Source: an uncultured virus (IMG/VR IMGVR_UViG_3300020440_000013) (taxonomy: Duplodnaviria > Heunggongvirae > Uroviricota > Caudoviricetes). From it: DNA of 64,000 nucleotides. The notes beneath the pieces are model-generated. The model was not told where the DNA came from and searched no databases. It saw only the letters and a program-made list of their open reading frames with translations. The position numbers and the translations under genes are program-made. Below are positions 51,516 through 61,075 of this stretch, in pieces (position 1 is the first letter of the stretch; the number at the start of each line of letters is the position of its first letter). The DNA lies in IMG/VR virus record IMGVR_UViG_3300020440_000013, one strand, 5' to 3'.

Positions 51516-51950
51516 ATGTCTCGTTTTGCTCAAGGCAAGTATACCTTAAAAAATCCCGAAAAATATTCTGGAACTAAAACTCCTACTTACCGTAGTAGTT
51601 GGGAATTTGCCTTTATGCGTTTCTGTGACGAGCATCCTAGTGTAAGTCAATGGGCTAGTGAAGCAGTACGCATACCATATAAAAATCCACTTACAGGTAA
51701 GCACACTATATATGTGCCAGACTTTTTTATTGTATACTCAGATCAAAAAGGCAAACAACGAGTAGAACTAATAGAAGTTAAACCTGCAAATCAAACAATT
51801 AAAGAAAAACTAGGAAGATCAAGACACAATCAAGCGGCATGGGTAGTCAATCAAGTTAAGTGGGAAGCGGCTAGAGCATGGTGCAGACAAAAGAAAATAT
51901 TTTTTCGTGTAGTAACGGAAACTGATATTTTCCATCAAGGAAGTAGATAA
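51516..51950 (+). CDS. gp4: Head completion nuclease (T4 gp4-like, TnsA fold)
   Basis: 'NPEKY.G....YRSSWE..FM..CD.....W.SE...IPY...Y.PDF...EVKP...N..KW.AA'. Confidence 0.9.
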   Translation: MSRFAQGKYTLKNPEKYSGTKTPTYRSSWEFAFMRFCDEHPSVSQWASEAVRIPYKNPLTGKHTIYVPDFFIVYSDQKGKQRVELIEVKPANQTIKEKLGRSRHNQAAWVVNQVKWEAARAWCRQKKIFFRVVTETDIFHQGSR

Positions 51951-52552
51951 TGTTAGATTATGAAACATATAAAGAAAAAATGTTAACTATTGCAAACCAA
52001 TACGATAAAAGAGCTCGAGGAGGAAAGTATATCCGTAAGTGGGATTATCATTGGTTAGAAAAAAAGTTTTTTTATGACTACGGAGATTTTAGTAATATGA
52101 AAACAGTTATTGACATAGGAACAGGAGTCGGTATGCTACCGTACTTGCTTATGTCAAAAGGCCACCAAGTTGAAGCTACAGATATAGCAGAAGATATTTC
52201 AGGACCTATGTTTACACAATGTTGTGATTTAATTGGTCTTAAAAGACATTCATTGTTTATAAATGATAGTAAGCCAATGGACTTTCCAGGAAAATACGAT
52301 ATGCTTGTTGCTACTAGAACTGAGTTTGATAGAGAGTGTTTAACACCCGGTGATATATTTAATTGGAAGTTCTTTTTAGATGATGCGTTTAAATACGTAA
52401 AAAGAGTATATATAAAAACAAATTTTGCTGGAAGTGGTAACCATTTTCCTGATTATATACGTCCTTTTGTAAGTAATCCCGGCGGTCCAGGAACTGGATT
52501 AGGTAAACCTTATAGAGCATATTACATAAAAGTAGATAAAGACCAATGGTAA
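51950..52552 (+). CDS. Class I SAM-dependent methyltransferase
   Basis: 'VIDIGTGVG', 'V.ATD', 'YD'. Confidence 0.7.
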   Translation: MLDYETYKEKMLTIANQYDKRARGGKYIRKWDYHWLEKKFFYDYGDFSNMKTVIDIGTGVGMLPYLLMSKGHQVEATDIAEDISGPMFTQCCDLIGLKRHSLFINDSKPMDFPGKYDMLVATRTEFDRECLTPGDIFNWKFFLDDAFKYVKRVYIKTNFAGSGNHFPDYIRPFVSNPGGPGTGLGKPYRAYYIKVDKDQW

Positions 52553-52553
52553 G

Positions 52554-52561
52554 GATAAATA
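52554..52561 (+). promoter_or_regulatory. Late promoter GATAAATA
   Basis: Upstream of ATG 52588; a further copy at 53071-53078 precedes 53099. Confidence 0.65.
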
Positions 52562-52587
52562 ATAGTAGCAGTTAATAGGAATATACT

Positions 52588-53079
52588 ATGACTAAAAAAC
52601 TTGAAGAAATGTTAAACTTGCCTGATTCTAAAGAACTTATCGAAAAAGCTAAGAATAAAGATAAAGCAGAAACAGCAGTAATAGAACAAAAAGAAACAAT
52701 GCGTGATATTGCTGAGTTTGACAAAATAGCGGCCGCATTACCAGCTGTAAAAGGCTTAGGTGAAATGGCGGATAAGGAACTAAACGAAGTTGCTCAAAAA
52801 GCAATGGATGCCTATGACGATTTAATGGATTTAGGTATGAACGTTGAAAGCCGTTATAGTGGCCGAGTATTTGAAGTTGCTGGCGGAATGCTTAAAACTA
52901 GTTTAGATGCTAAAGTTGCAAAAATGGATAAGAAACTTAAAATGATAGAATTACAACTTAAGAAAGAAAAACTTGATAACGACTCTGGACCAAATGAAGA
53001 CGGCATAGTAAATGGCGAAGGTTACGTAGTATCAGATCGTAATACTTTGCTAGAGAAACTGCGTAATATTGATAAATAA
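52588..53079 (+). CDS. Probable terminase small subunit (gp16-like)
   Basis: Helical 163 aa, 'R.FEVA..ML', C-terminal 'DRN.LL..L'; upstream of terL. Confidence 0.55.
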   Translation: MTKKLEEMLNLPDSKELIEKAKNKDKAETAVIEQKETMRDIAEFDKIAAALPAVKGLGEMADKELNEVAQKAMDAYDDLMDLGMNVESRYSGRVFEVAGGMLKTSLDAKVAKMDKKLKMIELQLKKEKLDNDSGPNEDGIVNGEGYVVSDRNTLLEKLRNIDK

Positions 53080-53098
53080 TGTATAAGGAATAGGTAAT

Positions 53099-53668
53099 AT
53101 GAAAAATTTTATAGATATACTTACAGAGTCTGCAAAAACTTATAAGTTCAAAATTAGAATAGCTGGCGAAATGCCAGAAGGTTTCCAAGACACAATGGAA
53201 ACAGCATTACAAAAATATGAACTTATAAATTGTAGTGCAGGTAAGCGTACACCTATTCAGGAAAAACCTTTAGATTTTCCACAACTACAAAATATGGAAG
53301 TACACAACTTTGAATGCGAAGTAAAGTATCCTACAACTCCGCATGTACTAGAACATTATCTAGTAAATGCATGTGGTGTAACACACAGCCATATTATTGT
53401 TAGAGGTGAAAATGATCCTATTGAAACTCAACAGGATGGAATTGCTTCTTCGGAAACATATCAATCTATGCTAGATACAGAAGAAATGAGTAAACCAGAT
53501 CCAGAAGCTCACAAACAAGTTGGCGGTGGTAGAGTTATGGAATTACTTAAAGAACTGGAAAAAGCATCTAAAGAAAAAGAAATAGATCCTATTGCAGATA
53601 TAAAACCTGGCGATAGTAAAGATATTTCACCAGAACAAAATAATACAAGTCCAATAGGGAGCAAATAA
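53099..53668 (+). CDS. Hypothetical late protein
   Basis: 189 aa; 'MKNF...LTES' N-terminus; late promoter upstream. Confidence 0.6.
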   Translation: MKNFIDILTESAKTYKFKIRIAGEMPEGFQDTMETALQKYELINCSAGKRTPIQEKPLDFPQLQNMEVHNFECEVKYPTTPHVLEHYLVNACGVTHSHIIVRGENDPIETQQDGIASSETYQSMLDTEEMSKPDPEAHKQVGGGRVMELLKELEKASKEKEIDPIADIKPGDSKDISPEQNNTSPIGSK

Positions 53669-54471
53669 TGAAATTAGTGGATCTTAAAGATTTATATAAA
53701 GAAATAGTTCTAATCGACGAGGGTAAAGATAAGTTACCTTCAAAAGCACACGTAATGAAGATGTGTAAAGATGGAATGACAAAAGCAGAAATGTGCAAGA
53801 TGCATCCAAACTGTGATCAAGACAAACTTAAAGCTATGATCGATGATTGTAAAAAAGAAATGAAAGAAAACGTTAACGAAGCTTCGTCAATGAATATTTC
53901 AATGTCAGGTGAAACATCGTCAGAAGTTGCAGAGTTAATGAACATGCTTAAAAATGCAGGAATGCCTGATGCTAAACCAGTAGGTCCAGTATCGCTTCCG
54001 ATGGACGGACCAATGGACGGACCAATGGACAGACCAAATGACGGTCATGATGACATGGTATCTAAATTAAAAATGCTTGGCAAACAAGGACCAGCATCAA
54101 GTCCATGTGAAGATGATGTTGAAGAAGATGATAGATATTCAGCAAGTACAGAACCTGATCCAGAATATAAAGATGATGATTATATGATTCATGACTTAGC
54201 AGGTGGTTTAAATAGAAGTAAAAAACAATACACTAAAGCACAAGATGGCGACAATCCAATAGCTGTAGAAAATAGCATTTATGAAGAATTAAAAGCTAGA
54301 TACGAAGCAGCTAAAGCAGAAGCTAAATTTGACGAAATGGGCTGTAAAAAAGAAATGATGAAACTTAACGCAAGTGGTTGTACAAAAGAATCTATGTATA
54401 AAAAAGTTAACGCAGAATATAATTGCGGAAGAGAAAAGTTTGAAAAGTTATACGCAAGTAATTGTGGTTAA
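53668..54471 (+). CDS. Hypothetical acidic Met/Cys-rich late protein (possible internal head protein)
   Basis: 267 aa; modular segments separated by xxE sites. Confidence 0.55.
   Translation: MKLVDLKDLYKEIVLIDEGKDKLPSKAHVMKMCKDGMTKAEMCKMHPNCDQDKLKAMIDDCKKEMKENVNEASSMNISMSGETSSEVAELMNMLKNAGMPDAKPVGPVSLPMDGPMDGPMDRPNDGHDDMVSKLKMLGKQGPASSPCEDDVEEDDRYSASTEPDPEYKDDDYMIHDLAGGLNRSKKQYTKAQDGDNPIAVENSIYEELKARYEAAKAEAKFDEMGCKKEMMKLNASGCTKESMYKKVNAEYNCGREKFEKLYASNCG
54001..54036 (+). repeat. 12-bp in-frame tandem repeat ATGGAC(G/A)GACCA x3
   Basis: Encodes MDGP-MDGP-MDRP. Confidence 0.8.
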
Positions 54472-54495
54472 TAATAATTAACTCCCTCCAGACTC

Positions 54496-54522
54496 AATAG
54501 GGCCTACGGGCCCTATTTTTTT
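54496..54522 (+). terminator. Intrinsic terminator with cUACGg loop
   Basis: AATAGGGCC-TACG-GGCCCTATT plus T run. Confidence 0.9.
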
Positions 54523-54536
54523 GGTTAAATACTTAT

Positions 54537-56117
54537 ATGAGCAAAAGTTTAGACGGCGTTTTAACAAAAAAAGCCAATCAAAAAGAAACATTTACAGAAG
54601 ATCAAATACAAGACCTTGCTAAATGCATGGATCCTAAAGAAGGATACTTATATTTTGCACGTAAGTTTGCGTATATACAGCATCCTGTAAAAGGTAAGTT
54701 ACTGTTTGATCCTTACATATATCAAGAAGGTCTAATGCTTAGTTACCATAACCATCGTTTTAATATAAACATGTTACCAAGGCAAACAGGTAAAACTACA
54801 TGCGCCGGCATTTACTTGTTATGGTACGCTATGTTTAATCCAGACCAAACAATACTTATTGCCGCACACAAGTATGCAGGTGCTCAAGAGATTATGCAAC
54901 GTATTAGATACGCATATGAACTATGTCCTGATCATGTTAGAGCAGGTGTTACAAACTACAACAAAGGTAGTATGGAGTTTGAAAACGGATCACGTATTGT
55001 TAGTGCTACTACAACAGGAAACACAGGACGTGGTATGAGTATTTCATTATTATACTGTGACGAGTTTGCATTTGTTAATCCGGGTATTGCACAAGAGTTT
55101 TGGACTTCGATATCACCTACACTAGCAACAGGTGGTCGTGCTATTATTACTAGTACACCTAATTCAGATGAAGATACATTTGCTACTATTTGGAAACAAG
55201 CCGAAGAGAAGTTTGACGAACACGGTAATGAGCAAGAGATAGGCATAAATGGATTCCACAGTTTTACATGTTCGTGGGACGAACATCCTGACAGAGACGA
55301 CGAATGGAAAGTAGAAGAAATTGGTCGAATTGGTGAAGAAAGATTTAGGCGTGAATATGGTTGTGAATTTTTAGTATATGATGAAACATTAATTAACAGT
55401 ATTCATTTAGCAAACATGGAAGGATCACAACCTTTAATGAATATGGGTCAGACACGCTGGTATAAAAAGATAATGAAAAATCAAACATATTGCATAGCAC
55501 TAGATCCTGCAATGGGTACTGGGGGCGACTTTGCTGCAATACAAGTATTTGAAGTACCTAGTTATGAACAAGTTGCAGAATGGCGACACAACACTTCTCC
55601 TATTCCTACACAAATACGAATATTAAAAGATATATGTGATTATATTCAAGAACAACAAGATTCGTCTAGTGGTATATATTGGAGTGTTGAAAATAACTCA
55701 ATAGGTGAAGCCGCACTAATTGTTATTAATGATTTTGGTGAAGAAAATATCCCTGGTATGTTTGTAAGTGAACCTATACGTAAAGGACATGTACGTAAGT
55801 TTCGAAAAGGATTCAATACAACACACGGTACAAAAATCAGTGCATGTGCTAGACTAAAAACTATGATAGAAAATAACAAAATGAAATTACATTCTGGGGC
55901 TTTATTAAGTGAACTTAAAGGTTATATTGCAACAGGAAATAGTTTTAAAGCTAAAACAGGCGATACTGATGATCTTGTAAGTGCAGTGCTTCTAGTCATT
56001 AGAATGATGGTTGTATTAAAGGATTGGGATCCAAGAGTATACAATACCTTTGTAACTATAGAAAATGAGGAAGATTATGAACCGCCAATGCCTATATTTG
56101 TTTCTACCAATTATTGA
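54537..56117 (+). CDS. gp17: Terminase large subunit (T4 gp17-like)
   Basis: Walker A 'PRQTGKTT', 'GRG.SI..LYCDEFAF', 'STPN', nuclease 'LDPA.G.GGD', 'DDLV'. Confidence 0.95.
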   Translation: MSKSLDGVLTKKANQKETFTEDQIQDLAKCMDPKEGYLYFARKFAYIQHPVKGKLLFDPYIYQEGLMLSYHNHRFNINMLPRQTGKTTCAGIYLLWYAMFNPDQTILIAAHKYAGAQEIMQRIRYAYELCPDHVRAGVTNYNKGSMEFENGSRIVSATTTGNTGRGMSISLLYCDEFAFVNPGIAQEFWTSISPTLATGGRAIITSTPNSDEDTFATIWKQAEEKFDEHGNEQEIGINGFHSFTCSWDEHPDRDDEWKVEEIGRIGEERFRREYGCEFLVYDETLINSIHLANMEGSQPLMNMGQTRWYKKIMKNQTYCIALDPAMGTGGDFAAIQVFEVPSYEQVAEWRHNTSPIPTQIRILKDICDYIQEQQDSSSGIYWSVENNSIGEAALIVINDFGEENIPGMFVSEPIRKGHVRKFRKGFNTTHGTKISACARLKTMIENNKMKLHSGALLSELKGYIATGNSFKAKTGDTDDLVSAVLLVIRMMVVLKDWDPRVYNTFVTIENEEDYEPPMPIFVSTNY

Positions 56118-56131
56118 TAAATACTTGCAAC

Positions 56132-58174
56132 ATGGATAAGAACTTAAACGTAATAGCAGAAGAGCTTTTTAATAAAATCAGGGGAAGATTCCCATCTGTA
56201 ACAATTGGTAACGACGAAGGTAAAGTTACTAATGTACCTACCGAAGCTAGATTTTTTGATTTTAACTTTACAGAAGGGGCTAATGACTTAGGTAAAGTAA
56301 GTATTAGTTTAGAAGACAAAGCGATTGCTATAATGTATAGTAACAGTTTTATCACAGCAGAAGATACTTTAACAAAAAACAAATGGTACGATTTTTTAAA
56401 AGAGATAAGATTTTTTGCTAAGAAAAGATTACTTAACTTTGATACAAGAGACATAACTAAGAGTAACTTAAACAAAAGAGATTATAAGTTTTTAGCATCA
56501 AATACCGGAGAGCAAACAATGTCAGAATCGAAATTATACGGAACAAGCCGTATTAGCTATCAGGATGTTGATTCAGCAAGAATAAACATTAGGCATAATA
56601 GATCAGTAAACCCTGATTTACCAGCAGGTAGAACACAATACATCGAAACAATTTACATAGAAAGTTCAGACGGTGAACGCTTTAAATATCCATACAAACA
56701 TCTAAGTGGTGCAAGAGCAATGGCAAGACACGTTGCTGAAGGTGGCAAACCATACGATAAATTTGGAACACAAATTGTAGGTCTTAGTGAAGAATTAGCA
56801 AAACTTAAAAAATTTAAAATGGCATTAGGTCGTAATAACATTATGGCTGAAGGATTATCAGAATATACTAGTATTGTTACAGATCGTATTGAAGAAATTA
56901 AAGAAGGTATTCTTGCTTTACAAACTAAAGAAGCATATGAAATTACAAAAGAAACATTTGAACATATTTCTGTAGAAGAGAAGACAACCATGCCTGATGA
57001 GACTGCTGCTAATTGGATTGATCAACTAACAGTAAAACAATTTAACGAAGAACTTAAAGATACTTTTCCTTTTGTATATAGATTAGTAAAAGAAAAAACA
57101 ACACCTAAAGAACTTAATAACATGGAAGATTTGTTAGGTGAAAATCAAATTGATGAAATTGCTGGTCCGGTAATAAAGGTTGCAAAAGAACTTTTTACAG
57201 CGGCAGGTTTTTCAAAAAAGATTGTAGCTGCACTTGCAACAGTAGGAGGTCTATTTGGACTTAAAAAGTTATTAGAAATTACAAGTCTAAAAAATAGCCC
57301 ATTAGGTAAAGCAATAAAAGCAAAATGTGATTCTGGAGACCCAACAACAATAGTTGACAGTAATGGTAAAGAATTAGGGTGGTGTGAGCACTATGATCTA
57401 TTAGACTTATATGCAGAAGCAGATAACTTATCTATTTGGACATTACACTCAATAGTATATGATGACAGTCCTTATAAAAATAATCCATATGTAATACGTA
57501 GACTGAATAAAGGTCAGTCAGATGAATCAAATGATACTATCGATGTAAAGTTTGGCAAAGACGGAAGTATGGAAAAAGCAGATGATAAACCTAAAATTCC
57601 AGTAAGTGAATTTATTTTATCATTGTTTGATAGAAACAAAGGTACTTTTCCAAAAGGTGAAACAGCAGTATTAACAGCAGTAGAAAAAGATTATGGCGAA
57701 CAGTATATCAACCCTGCTAAACAGTTTATTGAAAAAATTACTACAAAGTTTGAAGAGTTAAACACAGAAGGCAATGCATACGCACACGCTGTAAGAAAAG
57801 CCAAAATGAATGGCAAGAAAAAAGGTGATGTAGTTGACGGCCCAGACGGCGACAAAATTGAATTAGAAAAGTTTGACCCAAGACAAGAACAAAGCCGTGA
57901 AGCTCAAGCAATGGAAGAACTAATGACAGCATATGAGCAAGGTGGCGAAGAATCCCTAGCAAAAGAAATGGGAATAACTACGCAAGAACTTGATCAAGAA
58001 ATCAATGAAATGGGTAGAGAACATAACTTACACCCAGACGATGATAGAGATGAAATTATCGAACGTGTTGTTGAAGCAACAGTTGACAATGCTGATTGGG
58101 AAGAACAGTTTGAAGCTATGCAACGATTAGCTGGTTTAGACAGTCAAAAAAAAAGACTAACGAATCAAAGTTAG
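56132..58174 (+). CDS. Large hypothetical late protein (possible head/internal protein)
   Basis: GATAAATA at 56116-56123 precedes ATG 56132; acidic modular C-terminus ending near an A9 run. Confidence 0.65.
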   Translation: MDKNLNVIAEELFNKIRGRFPSVTIGNDEGKVTNVPTEARFFDFNFTEGANDLGKVSISLEDKAIAIMYSNSFITAEDTLTKNKWYDFLKEIRFFAKKRLLNFDTRDITKSNLNKRDYKFLASNTGEQTMSESKLYGTSRISYQDVDSARINIRHNRSVNPDLPAGRTQYIETIYIESSDGERFKYPYKHLSGARAMARHVAEGGKPYDKFGTQIVGLSEELAKLKKFKMALGRNNIMAEGLSEYTSIVTDRIEEIKEGILALQTKEAYEITKETFEHISVEEKTTMPDETAANWIDQLTVKQFNEELKDTFPFVYRLVKEKTTPKELNNMEDLLGENQIDEIAGPVIKVAKELFTAAGFSKKIVAALATVGGLFGLKKLLEITSLKNSPLGKAIKAKCDSGDPTTIVDSNGKELGWCEHYDLLDLYAEADNLSIWTLHSIVYDDSPYKNNPYVIRRLNKGQSDESNDTIDVKFGKDGSMEKADDKPKIPVSEFILSLFDRNKGTFPKGETAVLTAVEKDYGEQYINPAKQFIEKITTKFEELNTEGNAYAHAVRKAKMNGKKKGDVVDGPDGDKIELEKFDPRQEQSREAQAMEELMTAYEQGGEESLAKEMGITTQELDQEINEMGREHNLHPDDDRDEIIERVVEATVDNADWEEQFEAMQRLAGLDSQKKRLTNQS

Positions 58175-58230
58175 CACCAAAATCCCCCGATTGGAAAACT
58201 GTTAAACTTTTAGGTGAAACCCTTTATATA

Positions 58231-58587
58231 ATGGGAGACGATATAGAGCACGTTATTGCTGCAGACGGTTTACCAATATACAATGGTTCTCGCACACAAC
58301 TAATACGTTACGGTCAAACCAATATAGAAAAAGCAGGATACGGATATCCAACAGATTACACTCAAATAATGGACACTTGGATTAATAAAAATCAATATGA
58401 TGAATTTCGAAAACTAAGAAGTTTATCAAACCCTAGTGATCGTATGCAGCTTGAGTATCTTAAACTATTACGTCCAAAGTTAAAAAATGTGTCAGGGATT
58501 GGACAAAAAATAGATAAATTATTAACATCAGCACCTTTTAAAGGATTTGATGTAGAAATTGATGATCCTACCTACGGTAACGCATAG
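58231..58587 (+). CDS. Hypothetical protein; possibly a frameshift extension of the upstream gene
   Basis: Frame is open from 58114, spanning the A9 run at 58146-58154; no well-spaced SD. Confidence 0.5.
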   Translation: MGDDIEHVIAADGLPIYNGSRTQLIRYGQTNIEKAGYGYPTDYTQIMDTWINKNQYDEFRKLRSLSNPSDRMQLEYLKLLRPKLKNVSGIGQKIDKLLTSAPFKGFDVEIDDPTYGNA

Positions 58588-58612
58588 ATTACCAAAAAAG
58601 ATAAAAAATAGG

Positions 58613-58641
58613 TTGACTTTTACTAAATAATATCGTATAGT
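58613..58641 (+). promoter_or_regulatory. Sigma70 promoter TTGACT-N17-TATAGT with embedded late motif ACTAAATA
   Basis: -35 at 58613-58618, -10 at 58636-58641, TAAATA in the spacer. Confidence 0.7.
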
Positions 58642-58720
58642 ATATATTGTGCTGTACATATAAAGGCACAAGTAGCAATGTAGCTACTGCACATAGGCAT
58701 AACAAATAGGAGGCATAACT

Positions 58721-59704
58721 ATGGCATCATTGGCAGAAATCAGAGCAAAACTGAAAGAACAAGAATCACGCACAGGTGGTTCTCAAAGCGGCGGCGGCGA
58801 TAACGCAATTTACCCATTTTGGAATATCAAAGAAGGCGAGTCGGCAACGATGCGTTTCTTACCAGATGGAGATGACACAAACACTTTCTTTTGGAAAGAA
58901 CGTTTGATGATCAAACTTCCATTTGCAGGAGTTAAAGGTCAAACTGACTCACGTCCTGTACAAGTACAAGTTCCTTGTATGGAAATGTACGGAGAAGCAT
59001 GTCCGGTACTACAAGAAGTACGTCCTTGGTTTAAAGATCCAAGTCTAGAAGATATGGGTCGTAAGTATTGGAAAAAGCGTTCATACGTATTCCAAGGGTT
59101 TGTAACGGAAAATCCACTTGCAGAAGATAGTGCTCCGGAGAATCCAATTCGAAGGTTTATTATTGGGCCACAAATTTTCCAAATTATTAAAGCGGCTCTT
59201 ATGGATCCAGACATGGAAGAATTACCAACAGATTATACTGCTGGTGTAGACTTCCGTCTTAACAAAACAACCAAAGGTGGTTATGCAGATTATTCAACAT
59301 CTACTTGGGCTCGTAGAGAGCGTCCATTAAGTGATGCTGAAATGAATGCAGTAAACACACATGGTTTGTTTAACATGAGCGACTTTTTGCCTAAGAAGCC
59401 AGACGAAGTGGCTGTAAAAGTCATTAAAGAAATGTTTGAAGCATCAGTTGATGGTGAAGCATATGACATGGATCGTTTTGGTCAATATTTCCGTCCAGCG
59501 GGAATGTCGGCAAGAACGGGTGATCCACAAAATAGAACACCCGAAGCAAGTACTCCTGCTCCGACGTCAGCACCTGAGACAGCTACTACTCCAGCAGTAG
59601 AAACTGCAACGGCTCCTGAAGCACCAGCGGCTGAAGCGGCACCTGAAACAGGCAGTGGCGAAGCAAAAGATATCCTTGCAATGATTAGAGCAAGACAGTC
59701 TTAA
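58721..59704 (+). CDS. gp32: Single-stranded DNA-binding protein (T4 gp32-like)
   Basis: 'RFLP', 'C.E.YG..CPV', 'YWKKR.Y', 'G.DF.L.K...GYADY..S'; P/A/T/E-rich tail; upstream of uvsX. Confidence 0.85.
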   Translation: MASLAEIRAKLKEQESRTGGSQSGGGDNAIYPFWNIKEGESATMRFLPDGDDTNTFFWKERLMIKLPFAGVKGQTDSRPVQVQVPCMEMYGEACPVLQEVRPWFKDPSLEDMGRKYWKKRSYVFQGFVTENPLAEDSAPENPIRRFIIGPQIFQIIKAALMDPDMEELPTDYTAGVDFRLNKTTKGGYADYSTSTWARRERPLSDAEMNAVNTHGLFNMSDFLPKKPDEVAVKVIKEMFEASVDGEAYDMDRFGQYFRPAGMSARTGDPQNRTPEASTPAPTSAPETATTPAVETATAPEAPAAEAAPETGSGEAKDILAMIRARQS

Positions 59705-59718
59705 TATAAACAAGATTC

Positions 59719-59738
59719 GTAGGGGAGCAATCCCCTAC
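59719..59738 (+). other. GNRA hairpin between gp32 and uvsX (stabiliser or partial terminator)
   Basis: GTAGGGGA-GCAA-TCCCCTAC; weak U tract. Confidence 0.6.
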
Positions 59739-59759
59739 TAGCTTTAACAAGGAGAAAAT

Positions 59760-60839
59760 ATGGCTAAATCATTCGATGTAAGTAAATTTAGAAAAGACTT
59801 AACAAAGTCTATTCAAGGTATGAGTACAGGATTTAATGACCCAACTGATTGGGTTAGTACTGGCTCATATGCACTAAACTATCTTATTAGTGGTGACTTT
59901 CACAAAGGTGTTCCACTAGGTAAGGTAACAGTTTTTGCAGGAGAATCTGGCGCAGGCAAAAGTTATTTTGCGGCAGGTAATATTGTAAGAAACGCACAAG
60001 AACAAGGCATCTACGTAGTTTTAATTGACTCAGAGAATGCACTTGACCAAGCATGGCTAGAAGCACTTGGTGTTGATTGTGACGAATCAAAACTACTCAA
60101 GTTAAGTATGAGTATGATTGATGATGTTGCAAAAACTATCTCAACGTTTATGACAGACTATAAAGCAATGGACGAAACAGATCGTCCTAAAGTGTTGTTT
60201 GTAATTGATTCGTTGGGTATGTTGCTAACACCAACTGATGTTGATCAGTTTAACAAAGGTGATATGAAAGGTGATATGGGTCGTAAGCCTAAAGCACTAA
60301 CATCACTTGTACGTAACACTGTTAACATGATTGGTGCTCATAACGTAGGTCTAGTATGTACTAACCACACATATGCATCACAAGATATGTTTGATCCAGA
60401 TGATAAAATCAGTGGCGGTCAAGGCTTTATCTATGCATCATCTATTGTAGTAGCAATGAAAAAATTGAAACTAAAAGAAGATGAAGACGGTAATAAAACT
60501 AGTGAAGTGCATGGCATTAGAGCAGGTTGTAAAGTAATGAAAACTCGTTATGCAAAACCGTTCGAAGGCGTACAAGTAAAAATTCCATATTCAACTGGTA
60601 TGGATCCGTATAGCGGTATTGTAGATCTTTTTGAAAAGAAAGGCGTTATTGAAAAAACTGGTAATAGGTTAAAATACGTAATGTCCGACGGAACAGAGAT
60701 CCTAGAGTATCGTAAAAATTGGACAGGCGACAAATTAAAAGATGTTATGTCTGATTATCTTAAAAAAGAATCTTCTGTGGTAAATACCTCTGATGTAGTT
60801 GAAGAAACTACTGAAGAATTATCTACAGAGGAGATTTAA
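59760..60839 (+). CDS. uvsX: RecA-like recombinase UvsX
   Basis: Walker A 'GESGAGKS', 'IDSE.A', 'VIDSLG', 'NHTY', 'SGG.G..YASS'. Confidence 0.93.
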   Translation: MAKSFDVSKFRKDLTKSIQGMSTGFNDPTDWVSTGSYALNYLISGDFHKGVPLGKVTVFAGESGAGKSYFAAGNIVRNAQEQGIYVVLIDSENALDQAWLEALGVDCDESKLLKLSMSMIDDVAKTISTFMTDYKAMDETDRPKVLFVIDSLGMLLTPTDVDQFNKGDMKGDMGRKPKALTSLVRNTVNMIGAHNVGLVCTNHTYASQDMFDPDDKISGGQGFIYASSIVVAMKKLKLKEDEDGNKTSEVHGIRAGCKVMKTRYAKPFEGVQVKIPYSTGMDPYSGIVDLFEKKGVIEKTGNRLKYVMSDGTEILEYRKNWTGDKLKDVMSDYLKKESSVVNTSDVVEETTEELSTEEI

Positions 60840-60841
60840 AT

Positions 60842-61075
60842 ATGGACGAAGGTCAAATTACAGATAGCTGGAATTTGTTTAAAGAATATCTAGATAAAAA
60901 GCAAATTGAACTTGTTGCTGAAAAATATGTAGATCTTTTAGCAGATTACGGTGTAGAAGACCAAACGTTAATAGCAACACTTGGTAGTTGCCCACATCTT
61001 GATAATGCAATTAACTATTATTTAGATATGGATGATGAACTTGTTGCTGACGACGAAGTTGATTGGGATGAATAA
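60842..61075 (+). CDS. Hypothetical acidic protein
   Basis: 77 aa; SD GAGGAG. Confidence 0.6.
   Translation: MDEGQITDSWNLFKEYLDKKQIELVAEKYVDLLADYGVEDQTLIATLGSCPHLDNAINYYLDMDDELVADDEVDWDE

Noticed and set aside
54537..60839. Introns or inteins in terminase, gp32 or UvsX
   Set aside because: Lengths are ordinary and motifs contiguous.
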